NCBI GenBank assembly: GCA_038245405.1
Contig: JBBRSO010000003.1
Location: 3,300 to 67,299 of the forward strand
Origin: Bacteroidales bacterium
Lineage (GTDB): Bacteria > Bacteroidota > Bacteroidia > Bacteroidales > VadinHA17
Length of the DNA: 64,000 bases
Reading direction: 5' to 3'
Below are positions 36,272-45,516 of this stretch, one piece after another (positions within the stretch are counted from its first letter, which is position 1; the number at the start of each line of letters is the position of its first letter). The position numbers and the translations under genes are program-made. Under the pieces are notes generated by a model. The model was not told the origin of the DNA. It did no database searches and was given only the letters and a program-made list of their open reading frames with translations.

Positions 36272-37555
36272 TCAACCCAATGACCCGTAAACCCTCGATA
36301 AATCCTCTGACATTTTCGCCAGCGAGAGCTTACCCAGTACATTCTCTTTTCCCTCTTTCCCCAGTTTAAATCGTAGTTCATGATCGTTTAACACTTTCAA
36401 CAGACTTTGAGCAAGTTCTGAAACAGTATCCGGTGAATAAGTAATTCCGCCACCTGTTATTTTCACTATTTCCGGAAATGCACCGGTTGCAGGTTGAACA
36501 ACAGGCACACCATGTAAATTTGCCTCAAGAAGATACAATCCATATCCATCGTATTTTCTTACGGGAACACTCATTACATCTATGTTACTGAAGAATGCTT
36601 TTTTGCTGTCACCCTGGAACTCATGATAAATTTTAACAAAGCTCTTCAATCCGTTCTTTTTAATTTTTCTAATCTGCTCTGCAATTAAAGGTTTATCGTC
36701 ACCAGTGAATCCGCCGGAAATATGAAGAGTCAGACCAGGAATCTGATTACCTTTTTTCAGTTCGATAAAAGCATCAACGAGCTTATCAATTCCATTATGT
36801 GAACTTATCCTGCAGTAATATCCTATTGCCGGGAAGTAGTCATTTTTCTCAATGGTCAGATCCCGATCAAATCCAAGAGGAACTACATGAATATTATCTC
36901 CTTTGATGCCAGTTTTTGAAATAAAGAGCTCTTTGTAGTAATTGCTTGGCGTGAGGAAAGAGTCTACATTTGAGGCTTCCCGTGCTATAAGTTTCCATGA
37001 ATTGGACTGATATGGTTCGGCCATTTCATTAACCCAGTCATCTTCATTAAGAAGCGAACAGACGATTTTCACGTCAATTTTCTTTTTAATCTGTCGCGCC
37101 AGACCAATTATCAGTGCATTTGAAAGATGAATTATATCCGGTTTACCATCTTTCGACAGATAGTCGATCAAGCGTTGCAGCTCTTTCTCCGGAAATGCAT
37201 TTTCTCCTTTTATCATATTCAATGTCATCTCCTCGAGACCTTCTGTACGAGTCGTTCCTGCTCTTTTTGCGGCCATCTTAAGCATAGGAGCAGAGTCAAA
37301 GATCTTGTCAAGAAAGACTGGCATGTTTTTAAGAAACGGAACTTTCTCTCTCAGATACATTGAAATTGCACCGAAAAAAACATTTTTATCGAGTCCCGAT
37401 TCTACTGTAGATTCATCAGGAGGCAGATACAGCGGGATAGCCGAAGCAATTGTTCCGGGTACTTTCCTGATTGCCCGAAGATAAATCATATCGCGGTAGC
37501 AATTCCCGCAATAAAATGATCCACCGGATCCTGTTATCAGATAAACAATTTTCAT
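36272..37555 (-). CDS. GT4-family (GT-B fold) glycosyltransferase
   Basis: 427 aa. C-terminal GT1/GT4 motif ...GYGLYLLEANLHGVPVVQPATGAFPEIV... Confidence 0.8.
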   Translation of the reverse strand: MKIVYLITGSGGSFYCGNCYRDMIYLRAIRKVPGTIASAIPLYLPPDESTVESGLDKNVFFGAISMYLREKVPFLKNMPVFLDKIFDSAPMLKMAAKRAGTTRTEGLEEMTLNMIKGENAFPEKELQRLIDYLSKDGKPDIIHLSNALIIGLARQIKKKIDVKIVCSLLNEDDWVNEMAEPYQSNSWKLIAREASNVDSFLTPSNYYKELFISKTGIKGDNIHVVPLGFDRDLTIEKNDYFPAIGYYCRISSHNGIDKLVDAFIELKKGNQIPGLTLHISGGFTGDDKPLIAEQIRKIKKNGLKSFVKIYHEFQGDSKKAFFSNIDVMSVPVRKYDGYGLYLLEANLHGVPVVQPATGAFPEIVKITGGGITYSPDTVSELAQSLLKVLNDHELRFKLGKEGKENVLGKLSLAKMSEDLSRVYGSLG

Positions 37556-37575
37556 ATATTATATAAATCAATTAA

Positions 37576-37664
37576 CCACCCCCTTCTTACCCCCAACCCC
37601 CTAAAGGGGGCTTCAAATCAAGAAAATGGAAGTATTGGAACCCCCTTTAGGGGGCAGGGGGTTT
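37576..37664. repeat. double C5/G5 hairpin element
   Basis: ccacccccttcttacccccaaccccctaaaggggg...ccccctttagggggcagggggttt. The second hairpin contains the last codons (PPAP) and the stop of the upstream propeller gene. Confidence 0.55.
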
Positions 37665-38777
37665 CTTACTACCGAATGCCATCAATCTACCATCCTCTGT
37701 CAGAATAAAAAACTTTCCGATTATAACAGCCGGAGAGCTGCTGACAGGAGTTCCTGCATTAAAACTCCACAGTTTTTTTCCATCAGATAACGCCAAAATA
37801 TTCACAAATCCATCCATTCCTGAAAATAGAACTTTGTCTGAGGTGACTACAGCTGACCCGGTTACTCTTCCTTTGGTTCGGTATTTCCAGAGCAATTTGC
37901 CATCAGCGGAATTGTAGCAATAAAGATATTTATCTTCACTTCCTATCACAATTGAATTATTTCCGATTGCAGGTATCGCTAAGATTGAACCAGCTTCTGC
38001 GTTGGGATTAATTCTCCAGGCGATTTTTTTTGTTTTTGTATTTACGCAGTAATTAGTGCCGTCATAATCGCCGAAATATGCAAAATCCTGTGAAAGGGCA
38101 GGGGATGAAGCAATATAAACACCAATATTTACCGTATCCTTTTGTTTCCCGGTTAGCGGATCAACTATTCTTATCATTCCATCACATCCTCCAAATACAA
38201 TTTTTCCGTTCAGGATGGCAGGTGTACCGTTTATATAATTCTCAGTCTCTACTTTCCACATCATCTTGCCTGTTTCCGGATTTACACAATGCAGATAATA
38301 ATCGTAGCTCCCGAATACTATGCCGGCCTTGTTCCCGGAAACCCAAACATTTGCTGAACCGGCAATCTGGTTGTCGGTGACGTATTTCCATAGCAGTTTA
38401 CCGGTTGCTTTATCGACAGCTGTAAGGACTCCTTCGTTTGTACCAAATATGATCTTCTTGCCAAATACCAAAGGAGCTGCGTCAATTGAACTGCCTGATT
38501 CGTACTTCCATTTTATCTGGCCATCGCTGCTTACGGAAATAAGGGATCCTTTTTCATTGCCGAAGTAAATTGTCCCTTCGCTTATTACTGGTGAAGATTT
38601 TGTAGAAGCACCTGTTTTAGTACTCCATAGAAGCTCCGGGGTCACCGGAAGAGCAATATTCGTGCGGCCCGACAAGTCTGATTTGCCTCTGAATAATGGC
38701 CAGTCATCGCTGCCGTTCTGAGCTTCTGAGATCAATGAGAAGAGAAGAAAAAGAGTTGGAATGATAAAATATCGCAT
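37647..38777 (-). CDS. exported PQQ-like (BamB-type) beta-propeller repeat protein, paralogue 5
   Basis: 376 aa. Signal peptide, DWPLFRG start motif, and repeated G-x-hydrophobic-x-A-hydrophobic-D...G-K-x-L-W-K blades. Confidence 0.75.
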   Translation of the reverse strand: MRYFIIPTLFLLFSLISEAQNGSDDWPLFRGKSDLSGRTNIALPVTPELLWSTKTGASTKSSPVISEGTIYFGNEKGSLISVSSDGQIKWKYESGSSIDAAPLVFGKKIIFGTNEGVLTAVDKATGKLLWKYVTDNQIAGSANVWVSGNKAGIVFGSYDYYLHCVNPETGKMMWKVETENYINGTPAILNGKIVFGGCDGMIRIVDPLTGKQKDTVNIGVYIASSPALSQDFAYFGDYDGTNYCVNTKTKKIAWRINPNAEAGSILAIPAIGNNSIVIGSEDKYLYCYNSADGKLLWKYRTKGRVTGSAVVTSDKVLFSGMDGFVNILALSDGKKLWSFNAGTPVSSSPAVIIGKFFILTEDGRLMAFGSKKPPAP

Positions 38778-38827
38778 TTATAAATTTATTAACAAATTTA
38801 TTTTCCTAAAATCAGCCCCCATCCTTG

Positions 38828-38922
38828 GCAACCCCCTAAATCCCCCATTTGGGGGACTTTGGCTTCTCAACAACCCTCGGCTGGCGTTCTTAGCCCCCCA
38901 TTTGGGGGGGTGGGGGGTTGCC
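38828..38922. repeat. composite C5/G5 nested-hairpin element
   Basis: gcaaccccctaaatcccccatttgggggac...ttcttagccccccatttgggggggtggggggttgcc, a homologue of 8176-8287. It encodes the last ~20 residues and the stop of the FeS-protein ORF. Confidence 0.6.
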
Positions 38923-40018
38923 AGGGGCAGGCAGAGTTTTTGCCATATGCCCTTCGCCCTGTTCTCTGCGCCATCAGGCTCAGAGCTCCAGTCGGACAAA
39001 CATCCACAACCTCTTTGCTTTTTGTCTTAAGAATATCATTAAAATCTTCTGTAAGAGGCTCCGATATTATGCTTATAAATCCCCTGTTAATAAAACAGAG
39101 TGCAGGTTCTTCATCCATCTGTTCACAAAGCCTTACACATAGGCCACATTTGATACATTTTGCGTTTTCAAATATCAGACCAGTACTTACATTTATCTTC
39201 TTTCGTGCCGGAGAATTCACAATTTTACCCCTTGGATCTTTTACTGAAAACTCGTCGGCAATATCCCTCAGCCTACAATCATCAGCAGCTCTGCAATCAC
39301 AATGCATACAGCTCCCTGCTTCAGTCTGTGCAGAAGTTGAATCGGTTATTTCCCTTGACCTTTTGTCGCCGTTAGTGCATTCTTTGAGCCATTCTGTTAA
39401 TTCTTCATGTTCCAGTTTTCCAATCCTTGAGGTGAATCTCTTAGAAGCTTTTTCTGAGGTACCTGATTTCTCAGAGTTATGATTTCCCTGATTTGTTTGC
39501 TGATAAATAAATATCTGCAGGTTTCTTATTGAGACTGGCAGGTCAATTTTTTTCCTTCTGCAGGCATTTTCGCAGTAGGCAGCACAACAGATGCATTTTA
39601 ACTCAGCATCTTTTGTCTGACCTGCCGATAGCTCAACAGCGCCCCTAAAATCACCTGAGCTCAATAGCCTGTTCAACCGAGGCACATCATAACCGGCAGG
39701 ACATACGACATGACAAGGCGCCTCACATTCGGCGCGATGTTCGGAAAGCAGCATTTCAACTGCCTTTTTTCTTAATGACACTACCTGTTCCGATTCTGTA
39801 TCAATATCCATACCTTCCTGTGTAAGTGCGGAGCAGGAGGGTAGAAAATTGCCGGTCCTGTTGTCTTTAACCATACAGACCATACAGGATGAATAATGTG
39901 GCAATCCTTCCTTATGGCATAAGGTAGGGATATATATACCGCATGATTTTGCAAATTCCTGAATAGTCAGGCCATCTGCAACTTCATATTCTATATTATT
40001 TATTTTCAGCTTAACCAT
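38867..40018 (-). CDS. 2Fe-2S plus multi-[4Fe-4S] electron-transfer protein with no catalytic domain
   Basis: 383 aa. NuoG/HydA-like N-terminus (KINNIEYEV...IPTLCH...CMVCMV), then HRAECEAPCHVVCPAG, CICCAAYCENAC, CMHCDCRAADDC, CIKCGLCVRLCE and VCPTGA. No signal peptide. The C-terminal ~20 aa derive from the repeat. Confidence 0.75.
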   Translation of the reverse strand: MVKLKINNIEYEVADGLTIQEFAKSCGIYIPTLCHKEGLPHYSSCMVCMVKDNRTGNFLPSCSALTQEGMDIDTESEQVVSLRKKAVEMLLSEHRAECEAPCHVVCPAGYDVPRLNRLLSSGDFRGAVELSAGQTKDAELKCICCAAYCENACRRKKIDLPVSIRNLQIFIYQQTNQGNHNSEKSGTSEKASKRFTSRIGKLEHEELTEWLKECTNGDKRSREITDSTSAQTEAGSCMHCDCRAADDCRLRDIADEFSVKDPRGKIVNSPARKKINVSTGLIFENAKCIKCGLCVRLCEQMDEEPALCFINRGFISIISEPLTEDFNDILKTKSKEVVDVCPTGALSLMAQRTGRRAYGKNSACPWQPPTPPNGGLRTPAEGC

Positions 40019-42434
40019 TTATGTTAATGATTTCAATTGCTTCCTCCGGGCAAACTATTCTACAATTATCACACTTAGTGCAAATTGACTGATCTATCTC
40101 ATGCTTTTCATAAGGTTTGAAGGGAATAGCTTTTACCGGACAATCCTGTGAGCATTTTGTGCACCCGGTGCAATTGTCAGTTATATTATATTTTATGAGT
40201 GGCTGGCACTTATTGGCCCTGCAGATTCCCCTGGTATGTTCTTCATATTCCTCCCTGAAATATTTCAAACCAGTGAGAACCGGGTTAGGAGAAGTCTTAC
40301 CTAGTCCGCACAAGCTACCCTCCTTAACAAATTTACAGAGCTCTTCAAGAGCATTGAGATCTTCAAGAGTGGCTTTCCCTTCAGTTAAAGAGGTGAGTAT
40401 ATTGAGCATCTGTTTTGTGCCGATCCTGCAGAAAGTACATTTACCGCACGACTGCTTGTGTGTGAACGTAAGGAAATACTTAGCCATATCAACCATGCAG
40501 TCGGTATTGTCAAGAACAACCATACCACCGGATCCCATCATAGCGCCCATCTTCATAAGTTCCTCATAGTCAATTGCAGTATCAGCTTTACCAGCAGGAA
40601 TGCAACCACCGGAAGGTCCACCTATCTGAACTGCTTTAAACGTGTTGCCGTCGGCAATGCCATCACCGATATTCTCTACAATTTCGCGGATTGTGGTACC
40701 CATGGGTACTTCTATCAGACCACCTTTGGATATCTTGCCGGCGAGAGCAAAGACTTTCGTTCCCTTGCTCTTTTCTGTGCCTACTGCAGCAAATGCCGAT
40801 GCTCCGTTATTTATGATCCATGGCACGAGAGAGAGGGTTTCTACATTGTTGACAAGGGTTGGCTCTCCCAGATAACCTTTCACAGCAGGATAAGGCGGTC
40901 TTAGATGAGGTGTACCTCTTTTCCCTTCAAGTGAGGCTATGAGAGCTGTTTCCTCACCGCAAACAAATGCTCCGGCTCCTTCAAAAATATTTATATCGAA
41001 CGAGAAAGAACTACCGTTGATGTTGCTTCCCAGTAATCCGTTTTCATAACAATGTTTAAGAGCTATTCTTATTCTTGTTACAGCCAGCGGGTATTCAGCC
41101 CTGATATAGAAAATACCTTCTCTGGCGCCTGTGGCATAGCCTCCTATTACCATCCCCTCGATTACCCTGTAGGGAAACGACTCAAGCAACATTCTGTCCA
41201 TAAAGGCCCCAGGATCGCCTTCATCGCCATTGCATACTACATATTTATATTCTCCGGGAGTATTATATGAGATAGACCATTTTCTGCCGGTAGAAAAACC
41301 AGCTCCTCCACGTCCTCTCAGACCGCTGTCGGTGATTGTTTTTATAATTGACAACTTGTCGTTTTCCGCATAGCATTTATTCAATGCCTTAAAACCTCCT
41401 TTTTCCTGATATTCAAAAATTGATTCAGGGGAAAGAATCCCACCGTTTTCAGTAGCAATATGGACCTGTTTGTTAAGAAAATTATTCAGATATTTCTCAC
41501 GGATGTCAACAGGCAGATTCAACTGTCCTGTTAACTTATCATCTGAAAGAAATGTATCGACAATATCATTAATCTTAGATTTTATCCTCTTATTTAATTT
41601 GCCCGGACGAATGTGCTTCAGAAGAATTTCTTCAACCTGCGATATGGTTACTTTTGTATATCTTGAATGTACGTTCTCCTTTGTCACAATTTCCATCAGG
41701 GGTGTCTGATTGCAAACTCCCACACAGCCGACCTGCTTAAGGCTTATATTGAGATTATACCTTTCTTTTATTGCAAATATTTCGGAAAGTATCTCTTTAC
41801 TTCCTCCGGCAACACAACATGAACCTATACCTATTCTGACCTCCGCAACTTCGTTTCCATCGGTGGTTGACCCGGAAACTTCCTGAACTTTTTGTCCGTT
41901 GATTTTAAAATCATGTATTATCTCATCGATCTGTGTTGGTTTCACATGTCCGTATGTTTTATTATCTATCTGAACGACAGGTGCAAGGGTACAACAGCCA
42001 AGACAGGCAACCTCTTCGATGGAAAACAGATTATCAGGTGACGCATTACGACTATTATCAATTTTCAATGTCCTTTTAAAAGCGTCCGATATCAGGGGGC
42101 TGCCTTTCACGTGACAGGCAGTTCCAGAACAAATTTTTATGGTGTGTTTTCCTACAGGAAGATGTCTGAACTGTGTATAGAAAGTAGATACACCCGAAAT
42201 CTGACCTGGTGTTATATCAGTTACTTTGCAGATGTATCTGAGTGCGTCAGATGACAGCCAGTTTAGCTTTTTCTGGACTTCCTGAAGAATCATTATCACT
42301 TTGCCTGATTCGGTTCCTGTGAGCTTTATTACCTCGTCAATAGCCGAATACATTTCTTCCGGGGAAGATTGTTTACCACCACAGCAAGTATCCAATATCT
42401 CGTTTTTTTCCGTATTCAATTTTCTGTAATGCAA
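40011..42434 (-). CDS. fused NuoE/HndA - HndB - NuoF/HndC NAD(P)H-oxidising flavoprotein with a C-terminal 2x[4Fe-4S] ferredoxin
   Basis: 807 aa. NuoE-type 2Fe-2S (CSGTACHV...CLGCC), a second thioredoxin-like 2Fe-2S (GSCCVAGG...CVGVC), the NuoF core (GLRGRGGAGFSTGRKW; SCGKCTFCRIG) and two CxxCxxCxxxCP motifs. The start is uncertain: TTG at 42434, first ATG at 42353. Confidence 0.85.
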   Translation of the reverse strand: MHYRKLNTEKNEILDTCCGGKQSSPEEMYSAIDEVIKLTGTESGKVIMILQEVQKKLNWLSSDALRYICKVTDITPGQISGVSTFYTQFRHLPVGKHTIKICSGTACHVKGSPLISDAFKRTLKIDNSRNASPDNLFSIEEVACLGCCTLAPVVQIDNKTYGHVKPTQIDEIIHDFKINGQKVQEVSGSTTDGNEVAEVRIGIGSCCVAGGSKEILSEIFAIKERYNLNISLKQVGCVGVCNQTPLMEIVTKENVHSRYTKVTISQVEEILLKHIRPGKLNKRIKSKINDIVDTFLSDDKLTGQLNLPVDIREKYLNNFLNKQVHIATENGGILSPESIFEYQEKGGFKALNKCYAENDKLSIIKTITDSGLRGRGGAGFSTGRKWSISYNTPGEYKYVVCNGDEGDPGAFMDRMLLESFPYRVIEGMVIGGYATGAREGIFYIRAEYPLAVTRIRIALKHCYENGLLGSNINGSSFSFDINIFEGAGAFVCGEETALIASLEGKRGTPHLRPPYPAVKGYLGEPTLVNNVETLSLVPWIINNGASAFAAVGTEKSKGTKVFALAGKISKGGLIEVPMGTTIREIVENIGDGIADGNTFKAVQIGGPSGGCIPAGKADTAIDYEELMKMGAMMGSGGMVVLDNTDCMVDMAKYFLTFTHKQSCGKCTFCRIGTKQMLNILTSLTEGKATLEDLNALEELCKFVKEGSLCGLGKTSPNPVLTGLKYFREEYEEHTRGICRANKCQPLIKYNITDNCTGCTKCSQDCPVKAIPFKPYEKHEIDQSICTKCDNCRIVCPEEAIEIINING

Positions 42435-44110
42435 AAAAGATTTTTCCTTCCTCTTATATAAATACTCTTATATGAGAATGCGGGAGAGCAATCTGTCGCT
42501 TCACCGATCGCAGACTCACCAATAAGCTTAAATATGCCGTCAGCATTAACAATATGCATCATCCCGCCTCTGTCGAGATAATACACTTTCTCGTCCGCAA
42601 CGATAGGTGATGCATAAAAGGGATCCTGAAAAAAGTGTGTCCATGCGGTGTCACCTTTTGAAGCGTTATAGCATGCCACATCTCCGTTTCCGGTTGAAAG
42701 AAACAAATACTTATCTGTTGCAACCGGGCTTGACACATCGGGGGTATAAGCATTATCTTCCCAGCTAATAACAGGGGTGTTTCCCGGCTTTATTGCCACA
42801 AGCTTTGCGTAATCTGTTACAGCATAAGCTGTTGTGCTGTTTACCGCAACCGACGGTGCAACATCACCGCTCATACATTCAATTTCCCAAAGCGCTTTGC
42901 CTGTTACCGGGTCAAAGCTGCTGACAGCAGGATTACCGTTAATTATGAGCTGTGGTATGCCATTAAAATTAGCCAGAACAGGAGATGACCATACAGCGTG
43001 CCCATTCCTCAGAGTTTCCCATTTCTGGTCCCCAGTCTCAGGATCAAAACCGATAAGCGAGATTTTCACATTGCTGTCGAATTGTAGAAGAAGAGTATTC
43101 TCATACACCAGAAGTGAGGAGGAGTATCCATAGCTGCTTTCAGGAACACCAATATTTTTTGCCCATTTTTTGTTACCTTCCATATCAAAGCAAGCAAGGT
43201 TCCCATTTGCAAACACGGCGAATACTGCTTTCCCGTTTGTAGCAACTGTAGATACCGCTAGTCCGGCTTCAGGATCTGTCTTTGGCAATTCCGCTGGTTC
43301 ACCTGATATCTCAGAGGCGACGCCTGTCCAGAGAATTTTACCATCCTTTTTATCGATACAATAGACTTCACATATCTTGTCTCTTGCACCCGTTATAAAT
43401 AGCTTATCTTCCCAGATAACAGGGGAACTCTTGCCTCTGCCCGGCACTTCAATTTTCCACTTTATATTTTTTCCTGATGCAGCGTCCCATTCTGTGGGAT
43501 AATCTGTCCCGCCAGCTATAGCGCGGCTATCCTGCCCGCGGAATGCAGGCCAGTTTGTCTTATCTGGCTTAAAAGTTTTTCCGCTTCCTGCCGGTTCTTT
43601 TTCTTTCGAAACCGGCGACTTACCCGACAGATCGGGAAGACTTGCTCTGAGCAGGAATGAAGAGATAACAGCAAGAATAAATATAAGAGAGACTGATGAA
43701 ACAATAAATTTACGATTTCTGTTCCGGCCGGCTTCGCCATCTGGTTTTATATCGGTTAAAACGGGAGCAGGTTTTTCATTATCAGCAATAATCCTCTGAC
43801 AAATTACAAACACTATTATCCCGGCAAGCAGGAGGTATGAACCTGTTTCAACCTGCCATCTGGAACTGAAATATGCTTTCCTGGCCATAAGATCCATTGC
43901 CCGGATCTGCGCGGCTTTCTCACCTCCACCCGGATCTTTGTCGAACTGTTCCTTCACCGTCAGCAATATCGGGTTATCAAGTGGATTCACAATTTTCAGC
44001 TGCACAAATGTTAAGATCATTGTCATTGCAACAAGAAGTGCAAATCCCAACGAGATCTGACTGACAACCTTAAGTATACTGATATCACTTTCAGTAATTT
44101 TGACCTTCAT
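42416..44110 (-). CDS. PQQ-like beta-propeller fused to an N-terminal multi-TM domain, paralogue 4
   Basis: 564 aa. About three hydrophobic helices in the first 160 aa, then NWPAFRG and propeller blades. Confidence 0.75.
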   Translation of the reverse strand: MKVKITESDISILKVVSQISLGFALLVAMTMILTFVQLKIVNPLDNPILLTVKEQFDKDPGGGEKAAQIRAMDLMARKAYFSSRWQVETGSYLLLAGIIVFVICQRIIADNEKPAPVLTDIKPDGEAGRNRNRKFIVSSVSLIFILAVISSFLLRASLPDLSGKSPVSKEKEPAGSGKTFKPDKTNWPAFRGQDSRAIAGGTDYPTEWDAASGKNIKWKIEVPGRGKSSPVIWEDKLFITGARDKICEVYCIDKKDGKILWTGVASEISGEPAELPKTDPEAGLAVSTVATNGKAVFAVFANGNLACFDMEGNKKWAKNIGVPESSYGYSSSLLVYENTLLLQFDSNVKISLIGFDPETGDQKWETLRNGHAVWSSPVLANFNGIPQLIINGNPAVSSFDPVTGKALWEIECMSGDVAPSVAVNSTTAYAVTDYAKLVAIKPGNTPVISWEDNAYTPDVSSPVATDKYLFLSTGNGDVACYNASKGDTAWTHFFQDPFYASPIVADEKVYYLDRGGMMHIVNADGIFKLIGESAIGEATDCSPAFSYKSIYIRGRKNLFCITEN

Positions 44111-44111
44111 C

Positions 44112-45446
44112 TTAAACTTTCACTTTAATTGGACAATACTTAAAACATCTTCCGCAGCTATAACACTTACCCTGGTGCGGCTTATATTCGATTCTTTTGT
44201 TTCTTACACTCAATGAGATCATCCCTATGCCGAAGGATATACCAAGAAATGCACCAACCCATGGTGATCCGGCCTCAAATCTTCTGATAACCAGACCTTC
44301 TTCAGCAAATAATTCAGTTTCTGTTTTGCCTGATTCCTTGAATGTGGCAACTGTTTTCAGATCTGATTCTATACCCGTCGTTTGTTCAGCTCTTATTTCC
44401 CTGGCGAGTCTTACAGTATTGTTAACCGACGAAAGAGAAGGAGCGAGGTTGAAAAGAAGAAAGGCTCCGGCAACTGCAAAAACTGGCACAAACACGAAAT
44501 AAAGCATGAATCGTTTTCTGGATTTTGTCGGTTCTTCTTTAGTCTGGACTATATCTGAAGGCAGTATAGCATCATACGGACATGCATGTTCACATAAACG
44601 GCAATTGGTGCATTCAGCTGGTGTTATTGTGAGATGTTTTCCGGCAAACCTTGAAAAAATATTGAGAAGAACTCCATAAGGGCAGAGAAACCTGCAATAT
44701 GGCCGGTTGACAAATACCCCGGTTAAAAGCAAGAGAACGCCAAATATTACCATTGTATAAGGCGCATCGAGCCTGAAGATACCTACAAACGGATCATATC
44801 TGCATACTATGAACTGACTGTTGGTCGATGCAAATAATATTGCTAGTCCCAGATATATAAAGGGCACGAATGCTAAAAACAAGTCTACATATTTTGGAAG
44901 CTTCAGGGGTTTTAATCCCGTTAATTCCTGAATAGCGCCCAGAGGGCAAACTCCAGCGCAGAATACCCTTCCGTATGCGAGTGAGAATAGTAACGGAATA
45001 GTGAAAAATAACAATGCTGTTACCGGGATCGAATACCCAGTATTAAAAAGGGCCAGCGATACATTCTGAACGGATCCGACGGCACAGATACATCCTTCTC
45101 TGTAAAAACCAAAATATGCCAGGGAAAATACAGACATCCAGATCAATCCTCTCCGTGAACGTTTCTTTAGTGCCAGCCATGTTGTTACTATCAGTGCGGC
45201 AATCAATACAGCAACGTCAATATATTCCATAAAAGGCGCTCTGGGAGCAGCAAACTGTACGGTTGGATAAATATGTCCCGATTCAAACTCCGGCCTCGGA
45301 AAGCGATCCTGTGCGAATACCGCAAAATGCCAGCCAAGGAGCAAGAGGAAAACTATATATGGTAATGCTTTTTTCAACTTAGGTCCCCCATGCCCCCCTG
45401 AAGAAGAGTTCATTTGGATATGTTTATGATAATTATTCTTACTCAT
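44112..45446 (-). CDS. NapH/MauN/NosH-like integral-membrane polyferredoxin
   Basis: 444 aa. Multiple TM helices, two CxxxCP motifs at helix ends (RVFCAGVCPLGA, RPYCRFLCPYG), CTNCRLCEHACP and C-terminal CYSCGRCFKYCP. Confidence 0.75.
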   Translation of the reverse strand: MSKNNYHKHIQMNSSSGGHGGPKLKKALPYIVFLLLLGWHFAVFAQDRFPRPEFESGHIYPTVQFAAPRAPFMEYIDVAVLIAALIVTTWLALKKRSRRGLIWMSVFSLAYFGFYREGCICAVGSVQNVSLALFNTGYSIPVTALLFFTIPLLFSLAYGRVFCAGVCPLGAIQELTGLKPLKLPKYVDLFLAFVPFIYLGLAILFASTNSQFIVCRYDPFVGIFRLDAPYTMVIFGVLLLLTGVFVNRPYCRFLCPYGVLLNIFSRFAGKHLTITPAECTNCRLCEHACPYDAILPSDIVQTKEEPTKSRKRFMLYFVFVPVFAVAGAFLLFNLAPSLSSVNNTVRLAREIRAEQTTGIESDLKTVATFKESGKTETELFAEEGLVIRRFEAGSPWVGAFLGISFGIGMISLSVRNKRIEYKPHQGKCYSCGRCFKYCPIKVKV

Positions 45447-45463
45447 GTTACATTTTCTCTTTG

Positions 45464-45493
45464 TTTCTCTGTGCTTCTCAGTGTCAATCTGTG
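45464..45493 (-). repeat. phased 10-bp array (CACAGAG-type, x3) upstream of the NapH-like gene
   Basis: Coding-strand reading: CACAGATTGA CACTGAGAAG CACAGAGAAA, ending 17 nt before ATG 45446. Same word, period and gene-relative orientation as 8336-8365. Confidence 0.5.
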
Positions 45494-45516
45494 TAAGTTT
45501 TTCCGACTTCCGGCAT

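Noticed and set aside
36100-36369. 89-aa plus-strand ORF containing ...SPPFFKEGWPG...
   Set aside because: It is a translation of the ~85-bp structured repeat plus antisense of the GT4 gene's 3' end, which is a typical repeat-derived spurious ORF.
38761-39482. Several ORFs (38761-39030 +, 38778-38999 -, 38859-39482 +, 38918-39142 +) around the C5/G5 repeat
   Set aside because: They are generated by the G/C-run repeat (PPFGG / PPNGG peptides) or are antisense to the FeS-protein gene. No domain signal.
40117-41709. Multiple 70-150-aa plus-strand ORFs inside 40011-42434
   Set aside because: All are antisense to the strongly supported NuoE/NuoF fusion gene and have no motifs of their own.
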